From assembly GCA_965198175.1 (NCBI GenBank), contig OZ240245.1:2784001-2848000 (forward strand): 64,000 nucleotides of DNA. Direction: 5' to 3'. This DNA comes from Candidatus Poribacteria bacterium. Its GTDB lineage: Bacteria > Poribacteria > WGA-4E > PCPOR2b. Numbering within the stretch: position 1 is the stretch's first letter; every line of letters begins with the position of its first letter. Shown here piece by piece: positions 20,372 through 30,356 of the stretch. The notes beneath the pieces are model-generated. The model ran no database searches, was not told the DNA's origin, and saw only the letters and a list, made by a program, of their open reading frames with translations. Made by a program: the position numbers and the translations under genes.

Positions 20372-20650
20372 TTATTGTTTTCTCTTTTCAATCCCCTTGT
20401 CATCAAGGAGGCGGTTCAATTTGTCATCTAGCCCGTCGAGTCGCTCTGTTAGTATTTTCATGTAGGTTTTGAATAACAGGGTGCAATGGATAGAGGTAAT
20501 TAGCATCAAAACTACGATCATCACCAATCCATAAATAGGCCTACTATCAGTGTTGAAATGCCCAACAAGATTGAGCATAGTGACAAAGAAAAGGAACGGA
20601 GCGACAATTACTTCATACGTCCTCACAGGCTTACTCCTTTCATCTCGCAA
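20372..20650 (-). CDS. Small two-TM hypothetical membrane protein
   Basis: Two hydrophobic stretches plus a short coiled-coil tail; start uncertain. Confidence 0.55.
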   Translation of the reverse strand: MRDERSKPVRTYEVIVAPFLFFVTMLNLVGHFNTDSRPIYGLVMIVVLMLITSIHCTLLFKTYMKILTERLDGLDDKLNRLLDDKGIEKRKQ

Positions 20651-20670
20651 CAGGTTTCAGATTTAAGCCT

Positions 20671-21108
20671 CTAATCCATCCTCTTAATGTGATTATAAAG
20701 TTTCTCGCCCAATTCTCGGTTGAGATGGGCAGTCGTTCTTTGAATGTTGCCCTTCTCTAAAATGTGTAGCGCTTCGTCATACGGCACACAATCGCCTTCA
20801 GGAAGGATAATCTCCCATCTGACCGGGATTCTATATTTGTGTTTTACTTCAGTCCTTTGGTCGGGGTCTGGATTAAAGTGAGTCCGACCGTTCCATTTTT
20901 CCATGACCTTTCCCACAGCCATGATACCCGTCCTCTTGACATACATGAATAATATATCGCCCGGATTAAAATCCTTCAGCAATTTACCATAAGGCTCCAG
21001 AGAACCATACGTGGCCGCAAAACCATTGCGTAGCCACCTCTTATAAGCACCCTTATAATGTTTTTCATTGCTATTGATCCAGTGGAATTCCATCCGTTTT
21101 TCTCCCAT
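20671..21108 (-). CDS. Stand-alone EVE/PUA-like domain protein (tentative)
   Basis: FHWINSN...GFAATYG...LKDFNPGDILFMYVKRTGIMAVGKV...YRIPVRW pattern typical of EVE-like domains of modification-dependent restriction enzymes. Confidence 0.65.
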   Translation of the reverse strand: MGEKRMEFHWINSNEKHYKGAYKRWLRNGFAATYGSLEPYGKLLKDFNPGDILFMYVKRTGIMAVGKVMEKWNGRTHFNPDPDQRTEVKHKYRIPVRWEIILPEGDCVPYDEALHILEKGNIQRTTAHLNRELGEKLYNHIKRMD

Positions 21109-21209
21109 GTAGAGATTGCTCTGTTACTAGATTCATTTTCATAAACATACTACTTCCCTTAATATCCACGCCTTTATGCACTACGATTGGCGACGGAAGC
21201 GGGAAGCAG

Positions 21210-21484
21210 AAAAAAAAACGCCTACCCCTGTTATCGACGCGGAGGCAAAAACCCGCCTTCTGCCATACTAACCGTTGCGAATCGCTGAATTGTTCTTACT
21301 ATCCACCTGTTCAGGTAAATGATTCATTTGACTATGCACCCGCCCAGACTGGCTATCTATCTGCTCAGATTGACTGCATGAATTGTTAGTTTGGGGATTC
21401 GCAATTTTGCAATCGTCACCATGTGAAAGTTGATGGGGGTGGCTGCCGGGCTTAGCAACCGTCACATTCCCTCACCGATTGCAA
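21210..21484 (-). ncRNA. Candidate structured RNA with two domains each closed by a 9-bp stem
   Basis: Perfect inverted repeats 21407-21415/21476-21484 and 21275-21283/21396-21404 with nested stems, lying between a promoter (21492-21520) and a T9 tract near 21210-21218. Confidence 0.45.
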
Positions 21485-21491
21485 TGCCGTA

Positions 21492-21520
21492 AGCATACCA
21501 CACTCGTCCAGTTGTGTCAA
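21492..21520 (-). promoter_or_regulatory. Sigma70-type promoter, minus strand
   Basis: TTGACA-17 nt-TATGCT with an extended -10 TG. Confidence 0.65.
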
Positions 21521-21552
21521 TTGCTCCTGTGATACAAGACTCCATTTCTCGC

Positions 21553-21580
21553 TTGACCTCATACCTCTCCCGTGTATAAT
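21553..21580 (+). promoter_or_regulatory. Sigma70-type promoter, divergent, plus strand
   Basis: TTGACC-16 nt-TATAAT. Confidence 0.6.
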
Positions 21581-21586
21581 AGCGAA

Positions 21587-21792
21587 TCACCCACCCGATG
21601 ACAAGGGAACTGAAAGTTTGAACCGATTGATGCGTCCCATTCTGCAAGTACGGCTCTCGCATAATGCACCGGTGAAGAATCGCCGTTGTCCTTTTCATCG
21701 CGAGACCCCGGAAAACTGGATCAGTGAACTTACCCCTATCTATTTTTGTCCTGCGAGGCAAATTCCGACACGAAAAACCCTAGGCGTTTTTT
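21587..21792 (+). ncRNA. Candidate rod-shaped small RNA, 6S-like
   Basis: Nested pairings GACAAG/TTTGTC, AGGG/CCCT, AAGTTT/GAACTT, ATTGAT/ATCAGT, an internal bubble, TCTCGC/GCGAGA and CGGTGA/TCGCCG; own promoter and a T-tract at 21787-21792. Confidence 0.4.
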
Positions 21793-21929
21793 CTCTTTAC
21801 ATCTTCCAAATTCAACCGTATAATCTCATTGACGCCTGAATGCCGTCAGCAATTGTGGCGATTGCAACCCCTACGGAAGCGAGGTTCCCCCATCCGCAGT
21901 TTTGTCGGATTGGCTGCCATCCCCCAATA

Positions 21930-22799
21930 TTATGATAGCAGCCGATAAAGAGTCGTAGCAATTCCAAAGATAACACTCGCCAAAACTGTTCCAGCAATTG
22001 CATCTACTGCGTAATGAAACCGCCCGTACACGGTTCCGATGACTAGTCCAACACAGAATGGGCACAAGATAATAAATGCGAACGTATCATATCGCATTGC
22101 ATAAAGCAGCACGATTACGGCAATCGCAGTATGTGAACTCGGAAATGCCGTGCCCTTAGACGAACCGAGCGAGACGATAGTGTGTGTGAGCCTATGAAAA
22201 AGACCATTAGCAAGTCGCCCGTTAATCTTCTCCAACACGTACCGCGGTCCTGCGACTGGCAAAAATATATAACAGATGAGGCATACATTGAAGGTAAGAA
22301 TTTCGGCGAAGACAACCTCACGGAATGCGTCATATCTACCTTGGATGTAAAGCATCGCCGCGAGGGATAGTACAATTGCGTAATAACTGAAATAACACAA
22401 GTGTAGAACCTCTGAGAGTGCAATCTTCGGAAAAAATTTACTCAGATAAATGCTGGGTTGCCCCTTAAAAAACCGATCTTCCCACCTTATCACCTCATCA
22501 TCAAAGTATCCCCGGAAAACCATCTGGGTGAGCGGCGACACTCCCCAGTAAAATAACGGAATGGTCGCGAGGGGATACCATTCGCGCAAGAAACGAAATA
22601 AAAAGGGTAAGTAGTCACTCGTTAAACTGAGCCAGAATATTGCAAGAATTAGGGTTGTATGAGTCAGAAGATATAGATACCAACGTGGTAGGTTTTTGCG
22701 ACGGCCGAGAATCAATACGCTGGTCAGCCCCAGATAGGCAATGATAATCCAGTCAGCGGGAAGAAGGCTTACAGACAGTTGTTCAATAATTCGGTCCAT
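21930..22799 (-). CDS. PAP2-superfamily membrane phosphatase/phosphotransferase
   Basis: LPVAGPR, AFPSSH and GRFHYAVDAIAG motifs; multiple TM helices. Confidence 0.92.
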   Translation of the reverse strand: MDRIIEQLSVSLLPADWIIIAYLGLTSVLILGRRKNLPRWYLYLLTHTTLILAIFWLSLTSDYLPFLFRFLREWYPLATIPLFYWGVSPLTQMVFRGYFDDEVIRWEDRFFKGQPSIYLSKFFPKIALSEVLHLCYFSYYAIVLSLAAMLYIQGRYDAFREVVFAEILTFNVCLICYIFLPVAGPRYVLEKINGRLANGLFHRLTHTIVSLGSSKGTAFPSSHTAIAVIVLLYAMRYDTFAFIILCPFCVGLVIGTVYGRFHYAVDAIAGTVLASVIFGIATTLYRLLS

Positions 22800-22975
22800 G
22801 AGGTCAGGTTATGTGAGATAAAAGCGAAAGAAATATTCTCCCAACTCTGTCTCCACTTGTACCATTGTTTGTAGTTCCAGTAGCGATAAAGAGCAATATC
22901 TTACTTTCACTCGCAAGGAGTGTCAAGCGGAAAAAAGACAGATCGACTTTTCTGAATGCTGAAGCGGGCCGAGTA

Positions 22976-23284
22976 ATGATGAATGAAAACACAAATCCCC
23001 CATTGATTCTTGATGAAATTCCCCAACACGAACAGCGAGAACTCCTTGAGAAGGTCGCAATACAGGTGGTAAAGCGCCGGTTAACCGCGCCGGCAATTCT
23101 GTTTCTTGAGATGTGTAAGCCCCTCAACTTTCTTGGAAGTCAAGCACTTATTGCACTGAATCCGTTTGTGCAATCGATTTTCAATACAACCGAATTCCAG
23201 AAATTTGCATTAGTCATTGAGAAAGACTCAAACGTTGAGTTACTGATTCGATTAATTGAAGATTTAGATGGAGAGGAGAAATAG
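22976..23284 (+). CDS. Conserved hypothetical protein coupled to glmL
   Basis: LLEKVAxQVVKRRLTAPAILFLEMCKPLNFLGSQ; stop codon abuts the glmL start. Confidence 0.8.
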   Translation: MMNENTNPPLILDEIPQHEQRELLEKVAIQVVKRRLTAPAILFLEMCKPLNFLGSQALIALNPFVQSIFNTTEFQKFALVIEKDSNVELLIRLIEDLDGEEK

Positions 23285-23285
23285 T

Positions 23286-25106
23286 ATGCCGAATCAGCCA
23301 CACGGGATGCGTTCAATCCTCGCAACAGATTGCGGTAGCACAACCACAAAAGCAATCCTAATCGAGAAGCGGGACGATGAATATCATCTTGTTGTTCGTG
23401 GTGAAGCGCCCACAACCGTTGAGGCACCGGTTGAGGACGTTACAACCGGCGTAATCAACGCAGTTACAGAGGTTGAGGAACTCGCCGGACGTAAGCTCCT
23501 AAACGATGGACAGCTCATCAAACCACAGCAAGAGGATGCAGGTGTCGATCTGTATATATCGACAAGCAGTGCAGGAGGCGGGCTACAAATGATGGTAGCA
23601 GGTGTGGTTCTCAACCTCACAGCGGAGAGCGCGGAGCGAGCTGCACTCGGCGCCGGGGCGATTGTCATGGATACGATTGCTTCTAACGACAAACGATTGC
23701 CCCATGAACGGATTGAACGCATCCGCCATCTCCGTCCCGATATGCTTCTCCTTTCAGGTGGGGTCGATGGTGGCACAACGTCTCATGTCGCGGAGCTAGC
23801 GGAGATTATCGCTGCTGCCAGTCCGAAACCGCGTTTAGGACTAGACTACAAACTGCCGGTCATCTTTGCAGGGAACAAGGATGCACGTGACCTCGTCCGT
23901 GAAAGGCTTGGGGATGATATGGCGCTTGAGGATGTCGATAATCTACGCCCGGTGCTTGAACGGGAGAATCTGATGCCGACCCGTTTAAAGATTCAGAGTC
24001 AGTTCCTTGAACACGTCATGGCACATGCCCCTGGCTATAAAAAACTGATGTCTTGGACAGACGAGCCGATTATGCCAACACCTGGAGCCGTCGGCGCAAT
24101 CATCCAGACGATTGCAGCACAGCAGGGAATTCAAGTGGTGGGAGTCGATATTGGCGGCGCCACCACAGACGTGTTTTCCGTATTTGAAAACCACCAGAAC
24201 GAAGCCGTCTTCAACCGAACGGTGAGTGCAAATCTTGGGATGAGCTATAGCGTTTCCAATGTGCTTGCGGAAGCCGGAATGGAGAATATTTTACGCTGGA
24301 CGCCGTTTAACATTGACGCGGGTGATTTAGGCAACCGAATCAAGAACAAAACCATCCGTCCGACGACTATCCCCCAAACACTCCAAGAGTTGATTATTGA
24401 GCAAGCCATTGCCCGTGAAGCACTGCGGTTAGCGTTTGACCAACATAAACGTCTTGCCGTCGAATTGCGAGGTGTACAGCAACAGCGCACAATTTCCGAA
24501 GCGTTCTCTCAAACCGAAACAGGCGAAACGCTTGTGGATATGTTATCTTTGGATTTAATCATCGGAAGTGGTGGTGTGCTCTCCCATGCGCCGCGCCGCC
24601 ATCAGGCGATGTTGATGATGATTGACGCTTTCCAACCTGAAGGAATCACTCACCTCGCTGTTGACAGCATTTTCATGATGCCGCAGCTTGGCGTATTGGC
24701 ACAAGTCAACACAGAGGCTGCTACGCAGGTATTTGAGCGTGATTGTCTCATCCACCTTGGGACTTGCATTGCACCGGTTGGCAAAGCAAGAAGAGAGGAA
24801 TCTTGTGTGACGATGACCACAAATCTCCCCGGTAAAGGTAATTTGTCAGAAGCTGTACCATTTGGCGCACTGCGTTTATATCCACTCAACGCAGGGGAGA
24901 AAGCAAAAGTGACAGTCCAACCGGAACGCCGTTTTGATATGGGTGCAGGACGTGGCAATGCCGTCGAAGTTGAAGTTAGCGGAGGAATTGTTGGATTGGT
25001 TGTGGATACGCGCGGTCGTCCTCTCGAAATCTCGACTGATTCGGCCCAGCGTGTCTCCGACCTGAAGCAGTGGACTCAAGCACTAGCGGTGTATCCTAAA
25101 ACGTAA
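23286..25106 (+). CDS. glmL: Glutamate mutase L (GlmL)-family ASKHA ATPase
   Basis: TDCGSTTTK, SSAGGGL, LLSGGVDGG, AGN, MPTP, VDIGGATTDVFS, RTVSANLGMSYS, IIGSGGVLSH. Confidence 0.9.
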   Translation: MPNQPHGMRSILATDCGSTTTKAILIEKRDDEYHLVVRGEAPTTVEAPVEDVTTGVINAVTEVEELAGRKLLNDGQLIKPQQEDAGVDLYISTSSAGGGLQMMVAGVVLNLTAESAERAALGAGAIVMDTIASNDKRLPHERIERIRHLRPDMLLLSGGVDGGTTSHVAELAEIIAAASPKPRLGLDYKLPVIFAGNKDARDLVRERLGDDMALEDVDNLRPVLERENLMPTRLKIQSQFLEHVMAHAPGYKKLMSWTDEPIMPTPGAVGAIIQTIAAQQGIQVVGVDIGGATTDVFSVFENHQNEAVFNRTVSANLGMSYSVSNVLAEAGMENILRWTPFNIDAGDLGNRIKNKTIRPTTIPQTLQELIIEQAIAREALRLAFDQHKRLAVELRGVQQQRTISEAFSQTETGETLVDMLSLDLIIGSGGVLSHAPRRHQAMLMMIDAFQPEGITHLAVDSIFMMPQLGVLAQVNTEAATQVFERDCLIHLGTCIAPVGKARREESCVTMTTNLPGKGNLSEAVPFGALRLYPLNAGEKAKVTVQPERRFDMGAGRGNAVEVEVSGGIVGLVVDTRGRPLEISTDSAQRVSDLKQWTQALAVYPKT

Positions 25107-25249
25107 CGAATAATGTTAGGACGGTTTAAATCTTCTACAAACTCTTTCATCTCTAATGATTCTGACATAAAATCGGAATGTCCCTTGATTGCAGACGGCA
25201 ATTCTCTTGTGCTGTCCTCAATACCATCGGAAAGTCCCCGCGAATCCTC

Positions 25250-26440
25250 TCAAGTTCTATAAGGCGCGAAGCACTTTCGGTATAAAGCAACAATCTCCTC
25301 ATGTGTAGCTTGACGCGGGTTATTGGCAGGGCTTCTACTAGCAATGGCGTCTGAGGCCATCTGTTCAACTACAGCCTCAAACTCATCCCGATCTATGCCG
25401 ATTTCGCCTAGGCGTGGCATCTGAATATCGTTAATCAATCGCTCAACCGCAGCAACTGCGCAATCAGCCTGCCGCATCATTGATAAACCTTCAATCGGCT
25501 CCTCCATCGCGCTAGCGATATGGGCGAAGCGCACAGGGGAACCAACTAAGCTGTATTCCATTAAATCAAGTAGCAAAACAGCATTTGATAAACCGTGATG
25601 AATATGAAAGTAGGCGCCGATTGGCCGGGACATCCCGTGTACTAACGCAACGGAAGAATTGCTGAACGCCATCCCAGCAATGGAGGCTCCGATCATCATC
25701 TCTGTCCGCGCCTCAATGTTGTTGCCATCTCCCCACGCTTGACGAATTGAACCGGTAATCATCCGAATCGCCTTCAATGCTAGCGCATCAGTCATCGGCT
25801 GGGCACGTTTGGAGATGTAGGCTTCGATAGCGTGCGTCAGCGCGTCAACGCCAACAGCACAGGTCAAGTGAGGAGGCGTCGTTAGTGACAACAGCGGATC
25901 CACAAGTGCAACTCGCGCCAGCAGACATGGGCTGCTAAGCATCATCTTCACATTGCAATCTGTATCGGTGATTACTGTGACTTTCGTAACCTCGCTGCCG
26001 GTACCTGCTGTAGTAGGGATGGCAATTAAGGGTGCACCAAGATTGGGGATTTTGTCGACACCCATGTAATCCGCCAGTTCACCATCGTTGGTCAACCTCA
26101 CGGCGATTGCTTTCCCGCAGTCGATTGCACTGCCACCGCCGATGCTAACGATGAGATCGCACCCATCCTCGCGATATTGCCGCAAGCCATCGTTCACATT
26201 CTGCAGCGTCGGATCGGGTGTCACGTCTGCGAAGAGCGAGACGTCAATCCCAGCAGTGTTAAGCTGTCTCACGAGCTGATCGGCGTAGCCGATTTTAGCA
26301 ATCCCTGGATCGGTAACAACCAACGCTGTGTTCGCTCGTAAGCGTTGGGCTTGTTCGCCAACCTGCATTGATGCATCAATACCGGTGATAATTGTTGGGG
26401 GTACACAAAAAGAAGAAACTGTCGATTTTAAAACGTCCAT
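25250..26440 (-). CDS. Iron-containing alcohol dehydrogenase
   Basis: IGGGSAIDCGK, IPTTAGTGSE, DALTHAIE, LVHGMS, HHG. Confidence 0.96.
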   Translation of the reverse strand: MDVLKSTVSSFCVPPTIITGIDASMQVGEQAQRLRANTALVVTDPGIAKIGYADQLVRQLNTAGIDVSLFADVTPDPTLQNVNDGLRQYREDGCDLIVSIGGGSAIDCGKAIAVRLTNDGELADYMGVDKIPNLGAPLIAIPTTAGTGSEVTKVTVITDTDCNVKMMLSSPCLLARVALVDPLLSLTTPPHLTCAVGVDALTHAIEAYISKRAQPMTDALALKAIRMITGSIRQAWGDGNNIEARTEMMIGASIAGMAFSNSSVALVHGMSRPIGAYFHIHHGLSNAVLLLDLMEYSLVGSPVRFAHIASAMEEPIEGLSMMRQADCAVAAVERLINDIQMPRLGEIGIDRDEFEAVVEQMASDAIASRSPANNPRQATHEEIVALYRKCFAPYRT

Positions 26441-26528
26441 TCGGCTGGTCCTTCAACTCTGAGCACATTCTCAATTCCGGTGTTCATTAAGATTGATACT
26501 TCGCCACGAAACTTGTACGACCGCTCAT

Positions 26529-28097
26529 CTAATGTCGAAAATGCCGCACGCCTGTGAAGACCATTGCTATACCATAGCGATCTGCAGCTTCAATTACCGA
26601 CGCATCCCCTGTTGAACCTCCGGGCTGAATAATCGCACGAACTCCTGCTTCGCCGGCTACTTCAATATTGTCTGGAAATGGGATATAGGCGTCTGATGCA
26701 AGTAAAGCCCCTTTCGCCCGCTCTGCCCCAGCCTTCCGGACAGCGATGATACTTGCATCGACACGGCTCATCTGTCCAGCACCGATTCCAACAGTCTTGG
26801 TTCCTTGGGCAAGCAGGACACAATTGGACTTGACGTGCTTGCATGCTTTCCACGCAAACAGCAGGGATTTAATCTCAGCATCTGTTGGTTGGCGCTTCGT
26901 AACAACCTGCAGGCTATTTGGCGTAATGTCGTACAAATCCCGACTCTGGAGGAGCCCCCCTCCGATGACGTTTCGAATCTGCTTAATGGTCGGATTATAT
27001 GATAATTCGTTCGTTTCTAAGATTCGTCGGTGTTTCACGCGGGAAAGGGTTTTCAACGCTCTCTCGGTATAGCTTGGCGCGATGATTGCTTCAACCTTAA
27101 TCCCCGCCTTTGCCGCCTCACGAATCGTGTTTGCCGCCTCTAAATCAACTTTGCGGTTAAAACCGATGACACAGCCAAAAGCGGAGAGTCGATCGCAATC
27201 GAGAGCATCAATGAACGCACCTACTAGATTTGAGGCAGTTGCCAATCCACATGGATTGTTGTGCTTGATAATCGCGCAGGCAGGATCGGCGAAATCCTTA
27301 ACAATTTCTATTGCTGCTTCTAAATCAAGGATATTATTATAAGAAAGTTCCTGACCACTGAGTTGGTTCGCCCAAGCTGCGCACGGTTCAGGGGAGATGT
27401 GCGCGCGATAGAAAGCCGCCGCTTGGTGGGGATTCTCACCGTACCGAAGCGTCTGGGCTTTTTCGTAGCGAAAATCGAGGATTTCAGGAAATTCACCATG
27501 AGGCGTCTCCAAATTGGCAAGGTAGCGGGAAATGACCGCATCGTAGTGAGTGGTATGAGCAAATGCAGCTTTTGCTAATCGAAATCGAGTTTCCTCCGAA
27601 AGACAACCGTCATTCGTCTCCAACTCAACAATGGTGTCAGCATACTGGTTTGGATTGCTGAGCACAGCAACATCTCGATAATTCTTGGCAGCGGATCGAA
27701 TCATTGCTGGGCCACCGATGTCGATGTTTTCAATCACTTCGGTGAGATCGACGCCTTCCTTCGCAATTGTTGCTTCAAACGGATAGAGATTGCAAGCAAC
27801 GAGATCTATCAATCCAATCCCGTGTGCTGAAGTCGCGGCGATGTGCTCAGAATTATCCCGAATGGCAAGCAATCCCCCATGGATTTTCGGATGGAGGGTT
27901 TTCACGCGCCCATTGAGCATTTCAGGAAAACCCGTGTGATCGGAAACCTCACGAATTTCAATCCCTAGCTCATGAAGTTGCTTGGCGGTACCACCCGTAG
28001 AAAGAATCTCCACATCTTTCTGGACAAGGGATTTTGCGAGACTACGTAGGTCCGTCTTATCGTAAACACTGATTAATGCGCGTCGGATTTTTTTCAT
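26529..28097 (-). CDS. purH: Bifunctional AICAR transformylase / IMP cyclohydrolase
   Basis: RALISVYDK, GRVKTLHP, IDIGGP, LRYGENPHQ, KHNNPCG, GQMSRVD, IIQPGGS, RHFRH. Confidence 0.98.
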   Translation of the reverse strand: MKKIRRALISVYDKTDLRSLAKSLVQKDVEILSTGGTAKQLHELGIEIREVSDHTGFPEMLNGRVKTLHPKIHGGLLAIRDNSEHIAATSAHGIGLIDLVACNLYPFEATIAKEGVDLTEVIENIDIGGPAMIRSAAKNYRDVAVLSNPNQYADTIVELETNDGCLSEETRFRLAKAAFAHTTHYDAVISRYLANLETPHGEFPEILDFRYEKAQTLRYGENPHQAAAFYRAHISPEPCAAWANQLSGQELSYNNILDLEAAIEIVKDFADPACAIIKHNNPCGLATASNLVGAFIDALDCDRLSAFGCVIGFNRKVDLEAANTIREAAKAGIKVEAIIAPSYTERALKTLSRVKHRRILETNELSYNPTIKQIRNVIGGGLLQSRDLYDITPNSLQVVTKRQPTDAEIKSLLFAWKACKHVKSNCVLLAQGTKTVGIGAGQMSRVDASIIAVRKAGAERAKGALLASDAYIPFPDNIEVAGEAGVRAIIQPGGSTGDASVIEAADRYGIAMVFTGVRHFRH

Positions 28098-28186
28098 GAT
28101 GATACCACTTTTTTATGGAACAAGGACAGTTGGCATGCACATCAACCTTCTCTAAGACTTCCTTCTTGCTTTCACGTTTATTCACC

Positions 28187-28954
28187 TCAGCGCTGTAGCG
28201 CCTGCAAATGTTGCTGGACACTTCTCAACAGAAATGTCTCCGCGTTGCCACAGCTTAATGCGCGGAATCCCCGTTTCATGACTTGAAGTCCCTCCTCGAC
28301 AGTGCGTGCTGGACACCCCACGGCAATACCCTTTCGCGTCGCAGCAGTCAGCACTATCTCAGATGCCTCGATAACCTTTGGGTGTGACGTCTGTCCTGTC
28401 ACACCTAGTGAGGCGGCGAGATCGCTTGTACCTAGATTCAGAACATCAATCCCTTTAACTTCCACAATTTCGTTGATATTTTCAATGGCTTCGGCGTCCT
28501 CAATCATAGCGGCGACAACGACTTCATCGTTGATGTTCGCATAATAATCCTCCGTCGATACTGCCCCGAACTTAATTCCCCTGCCCGGGCCAACGCCGCG
28601 CTTCCCCTGCGGTGGGTAGAGCGCCCCATTGACAATCTGCTGCGCATCTTCCGCGTTGCGGCAGTGCGGCACAAGAATTCCCATCGCACCAAGGTCAAGT
28701 GCCCGCATAATCATTGCTGCGTTATTTTCATGAATGCGAACAATTGGTGTTATGCCAACCGCATAGGCAGCGAGAATCATCCGTTCCATCTCCGTCCAAC
28801 TAATCGAACCATGTTCACCATCAATTCGGACGTAATCCAAGCCCGCGTAGCCAAGTATCTCCACGATTCCCGGTTCAGGCAGTCGCGCCCCTACGCCGAA
28901 GACAGTCGCGCCGTTCTGGAGTTTCTGTTTCATTGGATTCGTTCTGATGTGCAT
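28187..28954 (-). CDS. HpcH/HpaI aldolase family protein
   Basis: IDGEHG, RALDLGAMGILVP, YPPQGKRG, MIE, GTSDLAASLG. Confidence 0.93.
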   Translation of the reverse strand: MHIRTNPMKQKLQNGATVFGVGARLPEPGIVEILGYAGLDYVRIDGEHGSISWTEMERMILAAYAVGITPIVRIHENNAAMIMRALDLGAMGILVPHCRNAEDAQQIVNGALYPPQGKRGVGPGRGIKFGAVSTEDYYANINDEVVVAAMIEDAEAIENINEIVEVKGIDVLNLGTSDLAASLGVTGQTSHPKVIEASEIVLTAATRKGIAVGCPARTVEEGLQVMKRGFRALSCGNAETFLLRSVQQHLQALQR

Positions 28955-29263
28955 ATCATCCCCTCTTTGCATAACTTCTTGCTGTACAGAAACGAAAACT
29001 TCAGCATATTTAAATTTCCAGAGGAATTATAGCATTGAATGCCGATCCGGTCAAGATCGACTTTCAATAGGGAAACCCCCTCCGTAGATTCTTTACAACG
29101 CAACTTATTCAAGGGGAAATGGGCGCTTCTCTAAATGTTAGCAAATTTGGGAAATGTAACCATCTTTGTGCTTGACTTTCTCAGTATGCCGGTGATACAC
29201 TCATATGATGATGCGGTCCTCATGGATGGTCAAGTGAATACTTCAAAAGGGAGGAAGATTTGA

Positions 29264-29995
29264 ATGGCGAAACAAAACTGGACGACCTTAGCCAAAGAAT
29301 TAAATCGAGAACTCGGCTTGAAACACTCCCCCATAGCAATTACATTTTCTCATGAAGCGCCCAAAGATGCACCGTTATACGAAGGTCAGATGCCAGAACC
29401 TACATCCGATGGTAGAACGGGTAAAGTTCCAGCCGGGTGCGTGTTTTGGATGAAGGCTACCGAAAAGGCTCTTACGACTGAGCCCGAGGACCACTACAAT
29501 TGCAGTGTTGGAAGTGTCACGCATGGATTGAAAACGCTGGAAGATGTCATGGACAATGAAGATGTTCAGGGGCTCGTAAACTCCGGGTGGGTGTCTGCGG
29601 AAGAAGCAATTCAACTTCCATTTGTGAAACAGCGCTACAACTACATTACCTATTGCCCCTTAGGGGACACAACTGTTAATCCTGACGTGATACTCTTGCG
29701 GATTAGCGCTTTTCAAGCTATGGTCATTCATGACGCATTCAATGACGTGGCAATTGTTAATAAACCACAATGTCATATCATTCCAATCTCTAAGGAACAA
29801 AAAAGGATCGCGATAAGTACAGGTTGCATCTTGAGCCGAGTACGAACGGGTATGTCACCTGACGAGATGACGTGTACAATTCCGGCGCAGCGGTTGGAAG
29901 AAATCCTAGAAAAGCTAAAAGGCAGGCGACAGGCGAATGCGACGGTTACTGCTTATGCGAACCAAGACGGGCACCGTTTTGCTATACCAGTTTGA
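29264..29995 (+). CDS. DUF169-family protein
   Basis: LGLKHSPIAI, AGCVFW, HYNCSVG, PDVILL, STGCILSR, EMTCTIP; GGAGG ribosome-binding site. Confidence 0.85.
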   Translation: MAKQNWTTLAKELNRELGLKHSPIAITFSHEAPKDAPLYEGQMPEPTSDGRTGKVPAGCVFWMKATEKALTTEPEDHYNCSVGSVTHGLKTLEDVMDNEDVQGLVNSGWVSAEEAIQLPFVKQRYNYITYCPLGDTTVNPDVILLRISAFQAMVIHDAFNDVAIVNKPQCHIIPISKEQKRIAISTGCILSRVRTGMSPDEMTCTIPAQRLEEILEKLKGRRQANATVTAYANQDGHRFAIPV

Positions 29996-30356
29996 ATCTT
30001 GGCTAATCCTGGCTTGAGAGCACGAATCCACACAATCCGCGCCTCTGGTCTCTTTTGAGTTTTGCCATTTTCGAATTTTTCCCCTGAACAACCGTGCAAT
30101 TTTACGGTACACGTCGGAGAATGTATAGTCTGTAAAGTCGGTGTCTGCATCGGTGGTAACGAATTCCATACCGAATAGCGGAAATTGCAACCGAAATATC
30201 GTTAGAGCCAGAAGCATACAGTTCTCTTGTAGAAGGAATCTCCGAATCCGAACACATCGCTGTAGGAGCGAACTTTGCTCGCGATACCCACTCCACCGCC
30301 GCTGGTAAGGTCTGCCCACCTCCCCGATTCAGATAAAGACCCTGAAATGTCGTATC

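Noticed and set aside
21268..21839. Short ORFs 21268-21465, 21462-21761 and 21618-21839 as proteins
   Set aside because: No protein-like motifs; they overlap promoters and base-paired regions better explained as RNA structure.
23286..25106. DNA mismatch repair MutL
   Set aside because: The motifs are ASKHA/GlmL type, not GHKL; only the historical name is shared.
28098..28186. ZMP/ZTP riboswitch upstream of purH
   Set aside because: The gap is short and lacks the GACTGGCG and GCCTGGGC conserved elements.
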